The position numbers and the translations under genes are program-made. A stretch of DNA of 64,000 bases. It comes from Spirochaetota bacterium. GTDB lineage: Bacteria; Spirochaetota; UBA4802; JAFGDQ01. The DNA is taken from positions 8,106 through 72,105 of the forward strand of contig JAZDKB010000029.1 of assembly GCA_043803405.1 (NCBI GenBank). The letters are read 5' to 3'. The notes under the pieces were generated by a model. It did not search any database. It was given only the letters and a program-made list of their open reading frames with translations, and was not told where the DNA came from. Positions 50,276 to 60,593 of this stretch are shown one piece after another. Numbering within the stretch: the stretch's first letter is position 1; the number at the start of each line of letters is the position of its first letter.

Positions 50276-52165
50276 ATGAGAAAAATTTTTATTATAATAT
50301 TTGCAGGCGTTTTACTGCTTAATTGCGCGTCATTAAACAAGCAAGTTCCGCAAAGCGCGGCAAAGGATACGGCAAACCGGAATAAGGAACAGGATGTTAT
50401 CTTTACTGGCTGGTCATTGTACAGTAAAGGTCTTTATTACAAGTCAAAGGATGATTATTCAAATGCCATTAAGTATTTTATGGACGCAGCAGCTTTCAGA
50501 GAAAACCTGGGAAGGGTGTATTACCAGCTTTCCGAGTGCTATTTCAGTATTAATAATTTAGATAATGCGATCAATTATGCGGAAATGGCAATTAAAGCGG
50601 ATAAAAAATATTCAAAACCTTATCTGTTATTAAATAAAATATATCTGGATATAAATGATAATAAAAAGGCAGTTGAGATCCTGGAGGAACTGATAACTTT
50701 TTATCCTGAAATGATAAATATTCATTATACCATTGGGCTTATTTATTATAACAGGATAAAGGATAATGATAAAGCTCTTGTATCATTCAGGAACATACTG
50801 GAACTCTCCAATGTAGTACCTGTAGAGGATTATTACAAGGAGAATGCGAATTATTATATCGCTCGTATTTATTACAGCCAGAATCTGTTTGAAAAATCGA
50901 CGGAATATCTTAAAAAAACTATAGAAATAAATTCGGACAATAAAGTTGCTTTGTACCTGTTATCGAATATATTTCTGGAATTGTACCAGCTCGACGAAGC
51001 AAAAGAATATTCCCTGCAATATGTAAACAAGTTTGAAGCCAACGAGATCATATCCGCGAATCTGGGCAGGATCTATTATATAGAAAATAATCCGAAAGCA
51101 ATGGAATATCTCCGCGGGGCAATGGGCGCAAACGATATATACGGCGCTCTCTGCAAATCGCTTTATTATGAACTAATGCACAAGGACAGAGAGGCCGAAT
51201 CTCTTCTCAGGACGCTTAGCTCCGACAATTCGCTCCTGGTTTCTCCGCATATAGCGCTCGGCAGGATCGCTTTAAGGAAGGGCGATAAAAAGACCGCAAC
51301 CAGCGAATTTTTTACAGCCGGAGTAATACTTTATAAATCCGGACAGTATAATATATCGAGAGCGCTTTTTACGGAAGTCCTATCGATAAACGATAAAATC
51401 CCGGAAGTTTATTTTTATCTCGGGAAGATATACGAAGAAACTCAAAATATAAATCTTTCCATAGTATATTTTAAAAGAACAAATAAAATGAGGCCCAGTC
51501 TTGAGCTTCAGATTCACATCGGCTATCTTTACAGCCTTGCCAATAATTTCGAAGACGCGGCAAAATATATCGACACTGCAATTAAACAGGAGCCCAACAA
51601 TCCGAAGCCGTATTTTTTCAAAGGCCTTGCTCTTTCGCGCCACAACAATTTTCCTGAGGCTGAAAAATTATTCAAGAAAGCGATAGAGCTTAAACAGGAC
51701 GACGATACGTATTATTTTTACCTGGCGACTGTCCAGGAAAAGCAAAATAAAATCGAAGATACGATCAAATCGCTGAAGAAAGCCATAGAATATAATCCTA
51801 AAAACGACATGGTGTTCAATTATCTCGGATATTTATACGCGGATATGAATATTAATATTGATGAGTCGATAGACCTTATCCAGAAAGCTCTGGCCCTTTC
51901 GCCTTCCAACGGAGCTTATCTCGATTCTCTCGGCTGGGCATATTACAGGAAAGGAGACATGAAGCAGGCTTTAAAAAAGCTGCTGCAGGCCGAGAAGCGC
52001 CTTGAAAAAGAAAAATCGCCCGATCCGGTTGTCTATGATCATATCGGCGATACGTATCAGAAAATAGGCGAATTAGATAAAGCTAATGAGTACTGGAAAA
52101 AATCTGTAAACCTGCAGAAGAATCCTAAAATCGAAGAAAAAATAAAAAATCCCTTGATTAAATAA
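50276..52165 (+). CDS. TPR-repeat lipoprotein
   Basis: Lipobox LLLNC, many TPRs, NYLGY, YLDSLGWAYY, DHIGD. Confidence 0.88.
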   Translation: MRKIFIIIFAGVLLLNCASLNKQVPQSAAKDTANRNKEQDVIFTGWSLYSKGLYYKSKDDYSNAIKYFMDAAAFRENLGRVYYQLSECYFSINNLDNAINYAEMAIKADKKYSKPYLLLNKIYLDINDNKKAVEILEELITFYPEMINIHYTIGLIYYNRIKDNDKALVSFRNILELSNVVPVEDYYKENANYYIARIYYSQNLFEKSTEYLKKTIEINSDNKVALYLLSNIFLELYQLDEAKEYSLQYVNKFEANEIISANLGRIYYIENNPKAMEYLRGAMGANDIYGALCKSLYYELMHKDREAESLLRTLSSDNSLLVSPHIALGRIALRKGDKKTATSEFFTAGVILYKSGQYNISRALFTEVLSINDKIPEVYFYLGKIYEETQNINLSIVYFKRTNKMRPSLELQIHIGYLYSLANNFEDAAKYIDTAIKQEPNNPKPYFFKGLALSRHNNFPEAEKLFKKAIELKQDDDTYYFYLATVQEKQNKIEDTIKSLKKAIEYNPKNDMVFNYLGYLYADMNINIDESIDLIQKALALSPSNGAYLDSLGWAYYRKGDMKQALKKLLQAEKRLEKEKSPDPVVYDHIGDTYQKIGELDKANEYWKKSVNLQKNPKIEEKIKNPLIK

Positions 52166-52188
52166 TATGTAATAATATTAATTAAAAG

Positions 52189-53046
52189 ATGAAATTATTT
52201 AAACCAGGATTTGCGGCAATAGAAATAAAAATAAAAAAAGTAATTTTTTTCGGACTAATCGTTATTAGTATTGCGTCCGGATGCTTTACCGCGGAAAAGA
52301 AAAACGAAAGGGACTACACAACCGCCGACAAAAAAGATACAGCTTACCTGCTAAAATTAATCGAAAAAGCCAATACCGATTGCACACGGGCACTGGATGC
52401 TAATTTTGACATTGAAGGTCATTCCGGCAAGCAAAAGTTCAAAGCATCCGGCAACATTCAGTTTAATGATAATCCCAGAAAAGTAAAAATTGTTTTCCAT
52501 GATGCGGTTTTTAAAACTCCTATCACGGAAATTATTCAGGACGGGTACGAAATTAAATTTTATTTTCCGTTTGATAAAATATTATATAATGATAATATTA
52601 AGACAATTAATCTGAAAAATTATACAAATTTTGATATTGATTTTGATCTTGTTTCCGACCTGTCGACAGGCAAAATTCCGTTAATTAAGAATTATTCAAT
52701 AGTAAAAGGACTTGAACACGAGGACGCTTCCGGCAATGAAAATAATAAATTAATAATTATTAATAATAAAGAATATTATGAGACAATTTCGTTCATGCGT
52801 GAAATTCCGGATAAAATATTATGGATGAATAAAACAACAAAAGAAAAGATAGAAGTGTATCTTTACGATCCCTTAAAAAGGGACAAGCTTTTATTTTACA
52901 AAACTATAAAGATTGTTTCATTGAGTTCCGATTTAAAAATAACAATCAGATTTAACTCCATAAAATTTAACCTGCCTGCAAACCCGGAAAATATAGTAAA
53001 GATAAAATTGGCAAAAGATACAAAAGTGATAAATATAAATAACTGA
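52189..53046 (+). CDS. Putative lipoprotein, possibly LolB/DUF4292-like
   Basis: Signal ending IASGC; beta-rich; follows the TPR gene. Confidence 0.55.
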   Translation: MKLFKPGFAAIEIKIKKVIFFGLIVISIASGCFTAEKKNERDYTTADKKDTAYLLKLIEKANTDCTRALDANFDIEGHSGKQKFKASGNIQFNDNPRKVKIVFHDAVFKTPITEIIQDGYEIKFYFPFDKILYNDNIKTINLKNYTNFDIDFDLVSDLSTGKIPLIKNYSIVKGLEHEDASGNENNKLIIINNKEYYETISFMREIPDKILWMNKTTKEKIEVYLYDPLKRDKLLFYKTIKIVSLSSDLKITIRFNSIKFNLPANPENIVKIKLAKDTKVININN

Positions 53047-53096
53047 ACTCTGAAATATGTGCCGGGATTGCTTTTAAGAGAATTTAAAATATAATT

Positions 53097-53441
53097 ATGA
53101 CGTACAGAAGAGATAAAAGAAGAAGTGCTGGAAAAAAAGAAAAATTCGCTGAATATTTTTTTCAGGATGACAGCGGTATAAGCCGCGAGAAAGTAAAAGC
53201 CAGGAAGCTGCGCGACACTTCATGGTGGAGAAAAAAATGCGCTTCAGGCGTGTGCAGCTATTGCGGGCAGAAGATACCTCAGGGCGAATTGACTATGGAT
53301 CATGTAATCCCTCTTTCGAGGGGGGGTACATCCGAAAGGGTTAATATTGTGCCGGCATGCAAGGATTGCAATAATAAGAAGAAATATCTTTTACCAGTTG
53401 AATGGGAAGACTATTTGCAGAGCTTAAGTAAGCGTAAATAA
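53097..53441 (+). CDS. Small HNH endonuclease
   Basis: CSYC, DHVIPLSRGG, NIVPACKDCN. Confidence 0.9.
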   Translation: MTYRRDKRRSAGKKEKFAEYFFQDDSGISREKVKARKLRDTSWWRKKCASGVCSYCGQKIPQGELTMDHVIPLSRGGTSERVNIVPACKDCNNKKKYLLPVEWEDYLQSLSKRK

Positions 53442-53489
53442 ATAAACAACATTGTGCAAAGATCGTATTTCAGATTACAGGAATAATTA

Positions 53490-55955
53490 ATGAGTCCGAA
53501 TGAGAATAATAAAGAATTAGTCAAGGCAGGGGAAGTCCTTATGGTGCAGGGGAAGTCCTCAAAATTTATGTATTATCTGCATAGCGGTGCTGTTGAAATT
53601 CTTTCCGCCTCCAGAGAATACGAAGGACTTGATCCTGTAATTATTACTTCTAAAAGCAAAAGAGTAGGATTGATAAAGGATCAGATATATATTCCGCCCA
53701 TGAATACGGTATTTACCGATCCCTGTTCGAAATCATTAAGAACTGTTGCGGATTCTTATGTTTCCAGATATCCGGTAAACAGGGAGATGCTGGAAGATGC
53801 GTCAAGGTCTGTCGCCATGCTCTCGCATTTGTTTAAAATGCTTGAGACGGCTATAGCCGATGATTCAAAATATACTAAATTTTATACTTATCTTTGTAAA
53901 ATAACTGATAATATCTCTTTAATGTATCAGGAACTCCCCAAATCCGGTATTGTTGAAAAATTAAAGAATAAATCTGAAAGTCTTTATAATGCTTTTACTT
54001 CCAACAAAGGCAGGCTTCCTGATGTATTGGATGCGCAATTCCTTTTGTCCGACAACAGCGCTTTTATCAGGAAGAAGTACTCTTACCCCGGATTGCCTTT
54101 AAAATCAATAATTGATGAAAAGCAATGCAGTCATGTTAAAAAATTTTTACAAATGGATAAAAACGTATTTTCCAGCCTTGTAAAAGAAGATCCTTCGATT
54201 CTTCATAACATGATTGAGACGATCTCGGATAACCTGATTAAAGTTTTTGACAGAATTTTTGCCGTTCATACGGAAATCGATCTGGAGCTGGAAACATTAT
54301 TCGGCTCCAAATCCAGCTGGTCTTTGTATCTTGCCGATAATTCCGGATTTGACAATTGGTGCGATTCCGGCAGACTTTCACCGGATTTTATTGCCGGTTT
54401 TCTGTCGCTTATCAAGAAACTGCATTCGTATTATCTCGAACTGACCGGGAAGAAACTTATAGAATTATTTCCGGGGCCTAAAAAGATACATGCATATTAT
54501 GTTGCAAATAAAGATGGCCGGAAAAGAACTGAGCAGAACCAGGATGAGAAACAGGGAGTATCCGATAAAATAACAGGATTAAGTCACAAAAGCCATAGCG
54601 CGGGAAAATATAAAAATTCATTACAGCAGATATTCGAGTTTGCGTTGATTGATAAGGAATTTCAAAAGGCGTTCATAAAGAATATAAATGATTTTAAATC
54701 CATGCACAATCCCTTTAATACTGAGATGGATGGAAGAAAAATAAGAAGGAATATAACAAAAAGTTATTGGGACCTTTTTGCCCAGGTGTTTATCAGGAAG
54801 CAAAAAGAATCGGTTGTTCCGCCTCCGGTAAAGCTGATGATGAAATTCGGATTCCTGGATGAGACTCTTGTTGACGAGAAACAGCTGGAAGCTCTTGAGG
54901 AGATCTCCGGCAATATCGAAGAAGTTAAAGATATTCCTATTATGTTCGAAGAGGAATTTTTATCAAGAATATATAACGGGAAAGAAAATCCAAGTATAAC
55001 CGAGATGGGGCTTTCTTACGAGGCCTTTTTAAGAGAAGAAGGGAAACGAAAAAGCTCTAAAGAAATAAATAAGTCAAATGCAGGCGGAGATAATATCAAT
55101 AAAAGCATTTATGAAATTGAGCACAGGCTGCTGCAGACAGTCGGAGTATGTTCAGGATCAACGTCAACAGCTTTTCCGATCCTTACGTCAATGACGATGA
55201 AGATTAATCCTAAAAATATTTTTATGTCAAAAAGTAAAATCCTGTCGGTTGTCAGGGATTTAATGAACGTTGACTATTCCGTTTTTTATAGAGAAACAAC
55301 TTTAAAAATGGGAGATGCCAGGGAATTAATAGAAGAAGAAGTTATTCCTATTTTTATTCTTTTGCCCAGCTTCGGCACTAAAACCATGCTTTGGCAGGAT
55401 CTGGACGGGACTAACAGAAGGACAAGAGGCAGGATTGTGCTGCCAATTTTTTTTATGGGCGATATAGTTAAAAGCATGGCTCATACCTTTGCGAGTTTCA
55501 GATGGGAGCTGAACAGAACAATAAAGGGCGGATTATGGGCAGACCCGGTGGAAGGAGGCATTACAGGCGTTTATTTTGATTATGTTAACTTCTACAGTAA
55601 GAATTCAAAGCTGTCGCCTGAAATAAAGGACAAGATTGCAGAGAGATTTAAAAACATCAGAACAAACAGAGACCGGTTTGCGGACGATTATATCAACTGG
55701 GTGCTGTACGAGAAAGACGGGGTAATGAGGCTCGATAGCGTTGTAAGGGAGATGTTTTTCAGGCATATTCCTTTTAAAAAGGAATTGCGCGCCAGACTTG
55801 AGACAATGCCGGCGTTTGCGGAAATAGCGGTCAAGTTTAAAAATGTCACTTCAAAAGCAATTCAGGGTTATGAGAGGCGTTATAAAAAATACATGAACGC
55901 CAGCGGCGCTTATCCGGAAAAGATACAGGAATTTATGAATTATTTAAATTCATGA
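53490..55955 (+). CDS. Large protein with N-terminal cyclic-nucleotide-binding-like domain
   Basis: VKAGEVLMVQG..SKFMYYLHSGAVEI; C-terminal domain not recognised. Confidence 0.65.
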   Translation: MSPNENNKELVKAGEVLMVQGKSSKFMYYLHSGAVEILSASREYEGLDPVIITSKSKRVGLIKDQIYIPPMNTVFTDPCSKSLRTVADSYVSRYPVNREMLEDASRSVAMLSHLFKMLETAIADDSKYTKFYTYLCKITDNISLMYQELPKSGIVEKLKNKSESLYNAFTSNKGRLPDVLDAQFLLSDNSAFIRKKYSYPGLPLKSIIDEKQCSHVKKFLQMDKNVFSSLVKEDPSILHNMIETISDNLIKVFDRIFAVHTEIDLELETLFGSKSSWSLYLADNSGFDNWCDSGRLSPDFIAGFLSLIKKLHSYYLELTGKKLIELFPGPKKIHAYYVANKDGRKRTEQNQDEKQGVSDKITGLSHKSHSAGKYKNSLQQIFEFALIDKEFQKAFIKNINDFKSMHNPFNTEMDGRKIRRNITKSYWDLFAQVFIRKQKESVVPPPVKLMMKFGFLDETLVDEKQLEALEEISGNIEEVKDIPIMFEEEFLSRIYNGKENPSITEMGLSYEAFLREEGKRKSSKEINKSNAGGDNINKSIYEIEHRLLQTVGVCSGSTSTAFPILTSMTMKINPKNIFMSKSKILSVVRDLMNVDYSVFYRETTLKMGDARELIEEEVIPIFILLPSFGTKTMLWQDLDGTNRRTRGRIVLPIFFMGDIVKSMAHTFASFRWELNRTIKGGLWADPVEGGITGVYFDYVNFYSKNSKLSPEIKDKIAERFKNIRTNRDRFADDYINWVLYEKDGVMRLDSVVREMFFRHIPFKKELRARLETMPAFAEIAVKFKNVTSKAIQGYERRYKKYMNASGAYPEKIQEFMNYLNS

Positions 55956-57206
55956 TGTAAAATATTTAAGCGCCCTGTGCCCGATATCGTTTCTGTAAAA
56001 AGCACCGTCGAATTTTATCTTTTGTATTTCATTATAAACTTTTTTCCGCGCTTCGATCAGATCATGGCCGAGGGCAGTCACGTTTAATACACGGCCGCCA
56101 TTAGTGTATAGCCTGCCGTTTTTCCGCGCTGTGCCTGCGTGAAAGGCCAGTATGTTTTCATCCAGTGTATCAAGGCCGCTGATCTCTTTTCCTTTTGCAT
56201 AATCTCCGGGATATCCTCCCGAAGACATTACGACAGTGACAGCGTATTCATTCTTAAATGATATTTTAAAATCATTAAGTTTGCCGCAAATTGAACCTTG
56301 AATTATATCGCCCAGTTTTTCATTTAAAAGCGGAAGTATCACCTGTGTTTCGGGATCTCCGAACCTGGCGTTGAATTCCAGCACTTTAATATCATTCCCT
56401 TTTAAAATAAGTCCGGCATAAAGCACGCCCTTAAACGGAATTCCTTCTTTTTTCATGCCTTCGATTGTCGGTATTAATACTTCTTTATTAATTCTTTCAA
56501 GTTTACTGCTATCGATTAACGGTGCAGGCGCATATGCCCCCATTCCGCCTGTATTCGGTCCTTTGTCCCCGTCAAAAATTCTCTTGTGATCCTGTGCTGA
56601 AACCAAGGGGATAATTGTTCCACCATCGGATATACCCAGTATGGAAGCTTCCTCTCCTTCGATAAATTCTTCAACAAATACTCTTGTGTTCTCTTTAACA
56701 TTTGAATTTATAAAATCCTGCGCTTCCTTTTTTGTTTCCGGAATACCGACACCTTTACCTGCTGCAAGCCCGTCCAGTTTAATTACGATTGGAAATTCCT
56801 TAACCGTTTGAATATATTTAATTAGTTCGGTTTTATTTTCAAATTCACTGTAGCCTGCTGTGGGAATATTGTACTTATTCATTATTTTTTTTGCAAAGAG
56901 TTTGCTTACTTCGAGCATGGCAGCCGCCTTGCAGGGGCCGAATGCAGGTATCTTTTGCTGATCCATGTAATCTATAATTCCGTCTGCAAGCGGAGCTTCC
57001 GGTCCTACGATAACCGTGTCGATTTTTTTTTCTGTGCAGAATTTAGCTATTCCTTTAAAATCATCTGTCCTTAAGTTTATTCTGTATTTATCCCCGATCC
57101 CGCCGTTCCCGGGCGCTGCGTAAACCTCGTCTGCACTGCCATCGTTCAACAGCCTCCAGTGCAGTGCATGCTCTCTTCCGCCCGAACCGATAATTAAATA
57201 TTTCAT
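55950..57206 (-). CDS. purD: Phosphoribosylamine-glycine ligase
   Basis: GSGGREHA, GPEAPL, DGLAAGKGV, QDHKR..DGD.GPNTGGMG, EFNARFGDPE; start moved to ATG 57206 on the basis of the RBS gggagg. Confidence 0.97.
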   Translation of the reverse strand: MKYLIIGSGGREHALHWRLLNDGSADEVYAAPGNGGIGDKYRINLRTDDFKGIAKFCTEKKIDTVIVGPEAPLADGIIDYMDQQKIPAFGPCKAAAMLEVSKLFAKKIMNKYNIPTAGYSEFENKTELIKYIQTVKEFPIVIKLDGLAAGKGVGIPETKKEAQDFINSNVKENTRVFVEEFIEGEEASILGISDGGTIIPLVSAQDHKRIFDGDKGPNTGGMGAYAPAPLIDSSKLERINKEVLIPTIEGMKKEGIPFKGVLYAGLILKGNDIKVLEFNARFGDPETQVILPLLNEKLGDIIQGSICGKLNDFKISFKNEYAVTVVMSSGGYPGDYAKGKEISGLDTLDENILAFHAGTARKNGRLYTNGGRVLNVTALGHDLIEARKKVYNEIQKIKFDGAFYRNDIGHRALKYFTS

Positions 57207-57371
57207 GATATGCCTCCCTTCGCGTTTCAGCTGAATATAAAAAAGCAGCAGCAATATTTTTTCAACTAAAATAATGTTTTATTAAATCTTTATGGGTAAA
57301 GGTTATAGCCTGATATTTGCTAACGTTGGTTATGATTTTAAAGCAGAGTTATTAAAAACAAAACAGGGGAA

Positions 57372-58868
57372 TTATGCGACGTTTGATACTCTGAAAATAA
57401 ATATTTTTTTGCCCATCCTGATCTCATCCCAGTCGTATAACAGTTTAGGCCTTAAAAGTTTATTTTCATTCAGATATGTTCCTTTATCCGAAGCCATATC
57501 AAATAGATAAAAGGAGTTTTTTATCACTTTAATCTTTGCATGTTTTTTTGATACTGATTTGTCATCAAGTATAATTTTATTGTCTTTGTTTCTTCCTATG
57601 GTTGTTTCTTCAAATTGTACTGGTATCTTTTTGCCTGCATCTGCGCCTTCTCTTTCAATAAGCCATGCTTTTGTAACTATTGGCTGTTCGGTTTTTGCTT
57701 CATTTTCGCCTGTTCCTTTTTCGATTCCGCTTTTTTGTCCGTCAATATTAACTTTTTCGCGCTTATCGCAAACCGCATTTGAAACCGGAATATAAGTTTC
57801 AACATTTGAAGGGGATTTATTTGCTTTTCTGTAATATTTTAATGCCAGTAAAACAAGTATTATGAGCAATATAATTATTACACCCAGGGCCAGTAATATA
57901 ATCTCGGTATTGGACAGCGACTCAGCAGGCATTTTCTTTTTATAAGTTATTTTTATTTGATCTCTGTCTTTTATTGTGTCTAATTTAAGTTTTACATCAA
58001 TATCGTGGGACTTGCCGTCCGGAGGCAGCAATGTTTTATACTCGGCAATAAACTGATTTTTCGTTGTGCCCTTAATTGATTTATATATTGCGCCTATGCT
58101 GGTTTTGTCGGGCTTGAAAAGCTTGCCGCCGGTAAGCATAGTTAGTCTTGACAGCAATTTTATTCTATTTTGAGGATTAAAGGCTATACAGTAGATCGGG
58201 ATATGGCTGTCTTTTGCAGCTTTTATGACATCATCAATTTCAATGCTGCTGCCTTCGTCTTTTCCGTCTGTGAAAACAATTACTGCCTTTCTTGAGCTGT
58301 CGGTTTTTTTCAGCAGTTCAACGCTGTCATATAACGCATTGTAAAGAAGAGTTTTTGTGCCATGTCTTTCGATTTTATTAATATTTTTTAGAATTTCCAC
58401 GCGGTTGTTTGTAAACCGGTTGAGGAGAATAGATTCGTCGTTGAATCTGTACAAAGCGATCACATCATTGGGATCTGCAGCGCTCAAAAAATCCTCAGCG
58501 TATTTTTTCAAATCTGTTAATAGCTTTGCGCTTATACTTTTGCTCGAATCTATCCCGAAAATCATATAGAGAATTCCTTCTGCCTCGGATATACTTTTAA
58601 CCTTAACGTAATTTACCAGATAGCTGTCTTCATAAAGAAGGATATTTTCTTCGTTTAATGACGAAGCCGGGATGTTATCAAAGTCTTTAACTGTCAGGTA
58701 TATTTTGATTTTAGGAAAATCGGTAACTGCATCTGTCTTGTCTATTTTAAGGTAGGAACCTGCTGAAAGCGGTATATTGATAAACAATATCATCAGCAGA
58801 AGGGGAAACACAATCCCCGGCCTTACACTTATGAATGATTTGTGTTTATGCAGATTTGACTTTTTCAT
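57372..58868 (-). CDS. Single-pass membrane protein with external VWA and cytoplasmic FHA domain
   Basis: MIDAS DSSKS...T...TDG, a TM segment, FHA motifs IGR, VSKKHA, GTYLN. Confidence 0.88.
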   Translation of the reverse strand: MKKSNLHKHKSFISVRPGIVFPLLLMILFINIPLSAGSYLKIDKTDAVTDFPKIKIYLTVKDFDNIPASSLNEENILLYEDSYLVNYVKVKSISEAEGILYMIFGIDSSKSISAKLLTDLKKYAEDFLSAADPNDVIALYRFNDESILLNRFTNNRVEILKNINKIERHGTKTLLYNALYDSVELLKKTDSSRKAVIVFTDGKDEGSSIEIDDVIKAAKDSHIPIYCIAFNPQNRIKLLSRLTMLTGGKLFKPDKTSIGAIYKSIKGTTKNQFIAEYKTLLPPDGKSHDIDVKLKLDTIKDRDQIKITYKKKMPAESLSNTEIILLALGVIIILLIILVLLALKYYRKANKSPSNVETYIPVSNAVCDKREKVNIDGQKSGIEKGTGENEAKTEQPIVTKAWLIEREGADAGKKIPVQFEETTIGRNKDNKIILDDKSVSKKHAKIKVIKNSFYLFDMASDKGTYLNENKLLRPKLLYDWDEIRMGKKIFIFRVSNVA

Positions 58869-59117
58869 AAATAAATAGTATAATAAATGATTGGATATAT
58901 TGCAATGATTAGATTATCGGTAAAAATTATATTATTGTGTACGAATTTTCGGCAGAAAAAGTTTTGACTTTTTAGTAATAGCAATTTAACCTTAACGATT
59001 CACAATTGTAATTAAACAGGAACTGCACTCCAGATTTGCACCAAGTCTATTGTCTTATTGCAGTGAAAGTATAAAATAGTTTTTCCCTGTAAGACTGAAA
59101 TATTATTGAGGTTTGAT

Positions 59118-59468
59118 ATGGAAAAAAGACGAAATACAAGAGTGGCATTTGAAGTCGGAGCTGTTGTAAAATATAAAAGAAAAGCTATTAAAGGGAAAGT
59201 CGTAAATCTGAGTTTAAACGGCATTTTATTAAAGACAGAGCAGGAAATTCCCAAAGATTCAAAAGTAAAAGTAAGTATTTCTATGGAAGGCACAACTTCC
59301 AGGCTAACGGTAAATATTGATGGAACGGTTGTAAGGGATAATAAATCGGAAACTGCAGTGGCGTTTAACGCAATTGACCTTGATTCATTTATTCATTTAA
59401 AGAATATTATTATATATAATGAAGGCAATGAAGAAAAAGTAATGCAGGAATTTTTTAAAAGGGCTTAA
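59118..59468 (+). CDS. PilZ-domain protein
   Basis: MEKRRNTR (RxxxR) and NLSLNG. Confidence 0.85.
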   Translation: MEKRRNTRVAFEVGAVVKYKRKAIKGKVVNLSLNGILLKTEQEIPKDSKVKVSISMEGTTSRLTVNIDGTVVRDNKSETAVAFNAIDLDSFIHLKNIIIYNEGNEEKVMQEFFKRA

Positions 59469-59482
59469 AATAAAATTTCCCA

Positions 59483-59557
59483 GGGCAAGCCCCCGGTGCT
59501 TTCGTACCGGCTTCCGCCTTCGGCGTCAGCGGGGTATTATGTTTCAAGGCCTTGAAA
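59483..59557 (+). repeat. REP/IS200-end-like repeat, copy 2, with palindrome tttcaaggccttgaaa
   Basis: 20-bp and 11-bp identity to copy 1. Confidence 0.75.
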
Positions 59558-59566
59558 TATAATAAA

Positions 59567-59938
59567 TTAACGCTGAATATCGGAACAATTGCACGAATAG
59601 TAGACTGTATTTAGGAAGATCGCGTCAAAAAAGTTGTCTATTTTATGCTTGTTTTTTCTGTTAACTTCCAGAAATTTTAATCCCACGCAATATAAATCGG
59701 AGTTTGGTTTTTTATCATTCCACGCAACCTGCGCTTTTGTTTCTGCACATTCATTGATTAAATTAATATTAATATAAAAACTTGTGCCGCGCGGTATTTT
59801 TTTACTGCAAAAAATTTGCAATCCGCCCGGGCTTAGGTCTTTTATGGCAGTATAAAAAATATTTTTTTGTTCAGGCAGTTCTGTGCATTTAGCAGTAAAG
59901 GCAGTGCAAATTCTGGGTTGCGTTCTTTTTTCTTCCAT
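59567..59938 (-). CDS. PilZ-domain protein
   Basis: EKRTQPR, DLSPGG, GLKF. Confidence 0.85.
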   Translation of the reverse strand: MEEKRTQPRICTAFTAKCTELPEQKNIFYTAIKDLSPGGLQIFCSKKIPRGTSFYININLINECAETKAQVAWNDKKPNSDLYCVGLKFLEVNRKNKHKIDNFFDAIFLNTVYYSCNCSDIQR

Positions 59939-60119
59939 TTTTTATAATTATTCCTGTTAAATAATGGGATATACATCTGCACTCAATACTAATATTATAT
60001 AATATTTTCGGTTTAATGTCAAATGATTCTTTTTCGTTTTTTTATTGTGTTAAATAGTAACGGTTTTTTAAAAGAAACAATTTAAAAAAATTGATTTTAA
60101 GTAACAATATAATTTTATA

Positions 60120-60147
60120 TTGACATTATTGAAAAATAACGTAAATT
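60120..60147 (+). promoter_or_regulatory. Putative sigma70 promoter
   Basis: TTGACA-16 bp-TAAATT upstream of 60215. Confidence 0.45.
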
Positions 60148-60214
60148 AAATATGTTTATCATTTTGTTAGTGTTGCTGTTTTAAAAAATAACATTTAACA
60201 GGTGTTCATAATTA

Positions 60215-60592
60215 ATGGGGAAAGGCATTATATATCCTGAGAAGGGAGCAAATGGCGAGAATTTATTAAGGGAAAGCCTGATTAGTATAAAACAGAAACC
60301 TGTAATTTACAGCCTGAGAGTTGACCTCGAGTTGGGGCATAAGGTCAGGGTAGTTATACCGATTCCCGGCGACCCTGAAAACAGCTGGTCATTCTTCAGG
60401 TATTGCGGCATGTGCGTGGGCTGGTCGTTTATTCCGATGAGAGCGGATTCGGGCCATGAAATATTTTTCCTTGCGGATTTTCCGGGACACGCCGATCTGC
60501 CTGCGTATTTCTCCGGCCACAATTCCGTTGAGATAAAAATATATGAAAACGGTGAGACAATCCCTGCGAGGTCGAAGATCTTAACATGGTAG
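60215..60592 (+). CDS. Hypothetical protein
   Basis: 125-aa ORF with plausible promoter and RBS; no family recognised. Confidence 0.55.
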   Translation: MGKGIIYPEKGANGENLLRESLISIKQKPVIYSLRVDLELGHKVRVVIPIPGDPENSWSFFRYCGMCVGWSFIPMRADSGHEIFFLADFPGHADLPAYFSGHNSVEIKIYENGETIPARSKILTW

Positions 60593-60593
60593 G

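Noticed and set aside
53097..53441. HNH gene as an anti-phage defence system
   Set aside because: No recognisable defence partner genes; it sits among housekeeping-type neighbours
57207..57254. N-terminal extension of purD in the ORF track
   Set aside because: Family similarity and the RBS point to ATG at 57206
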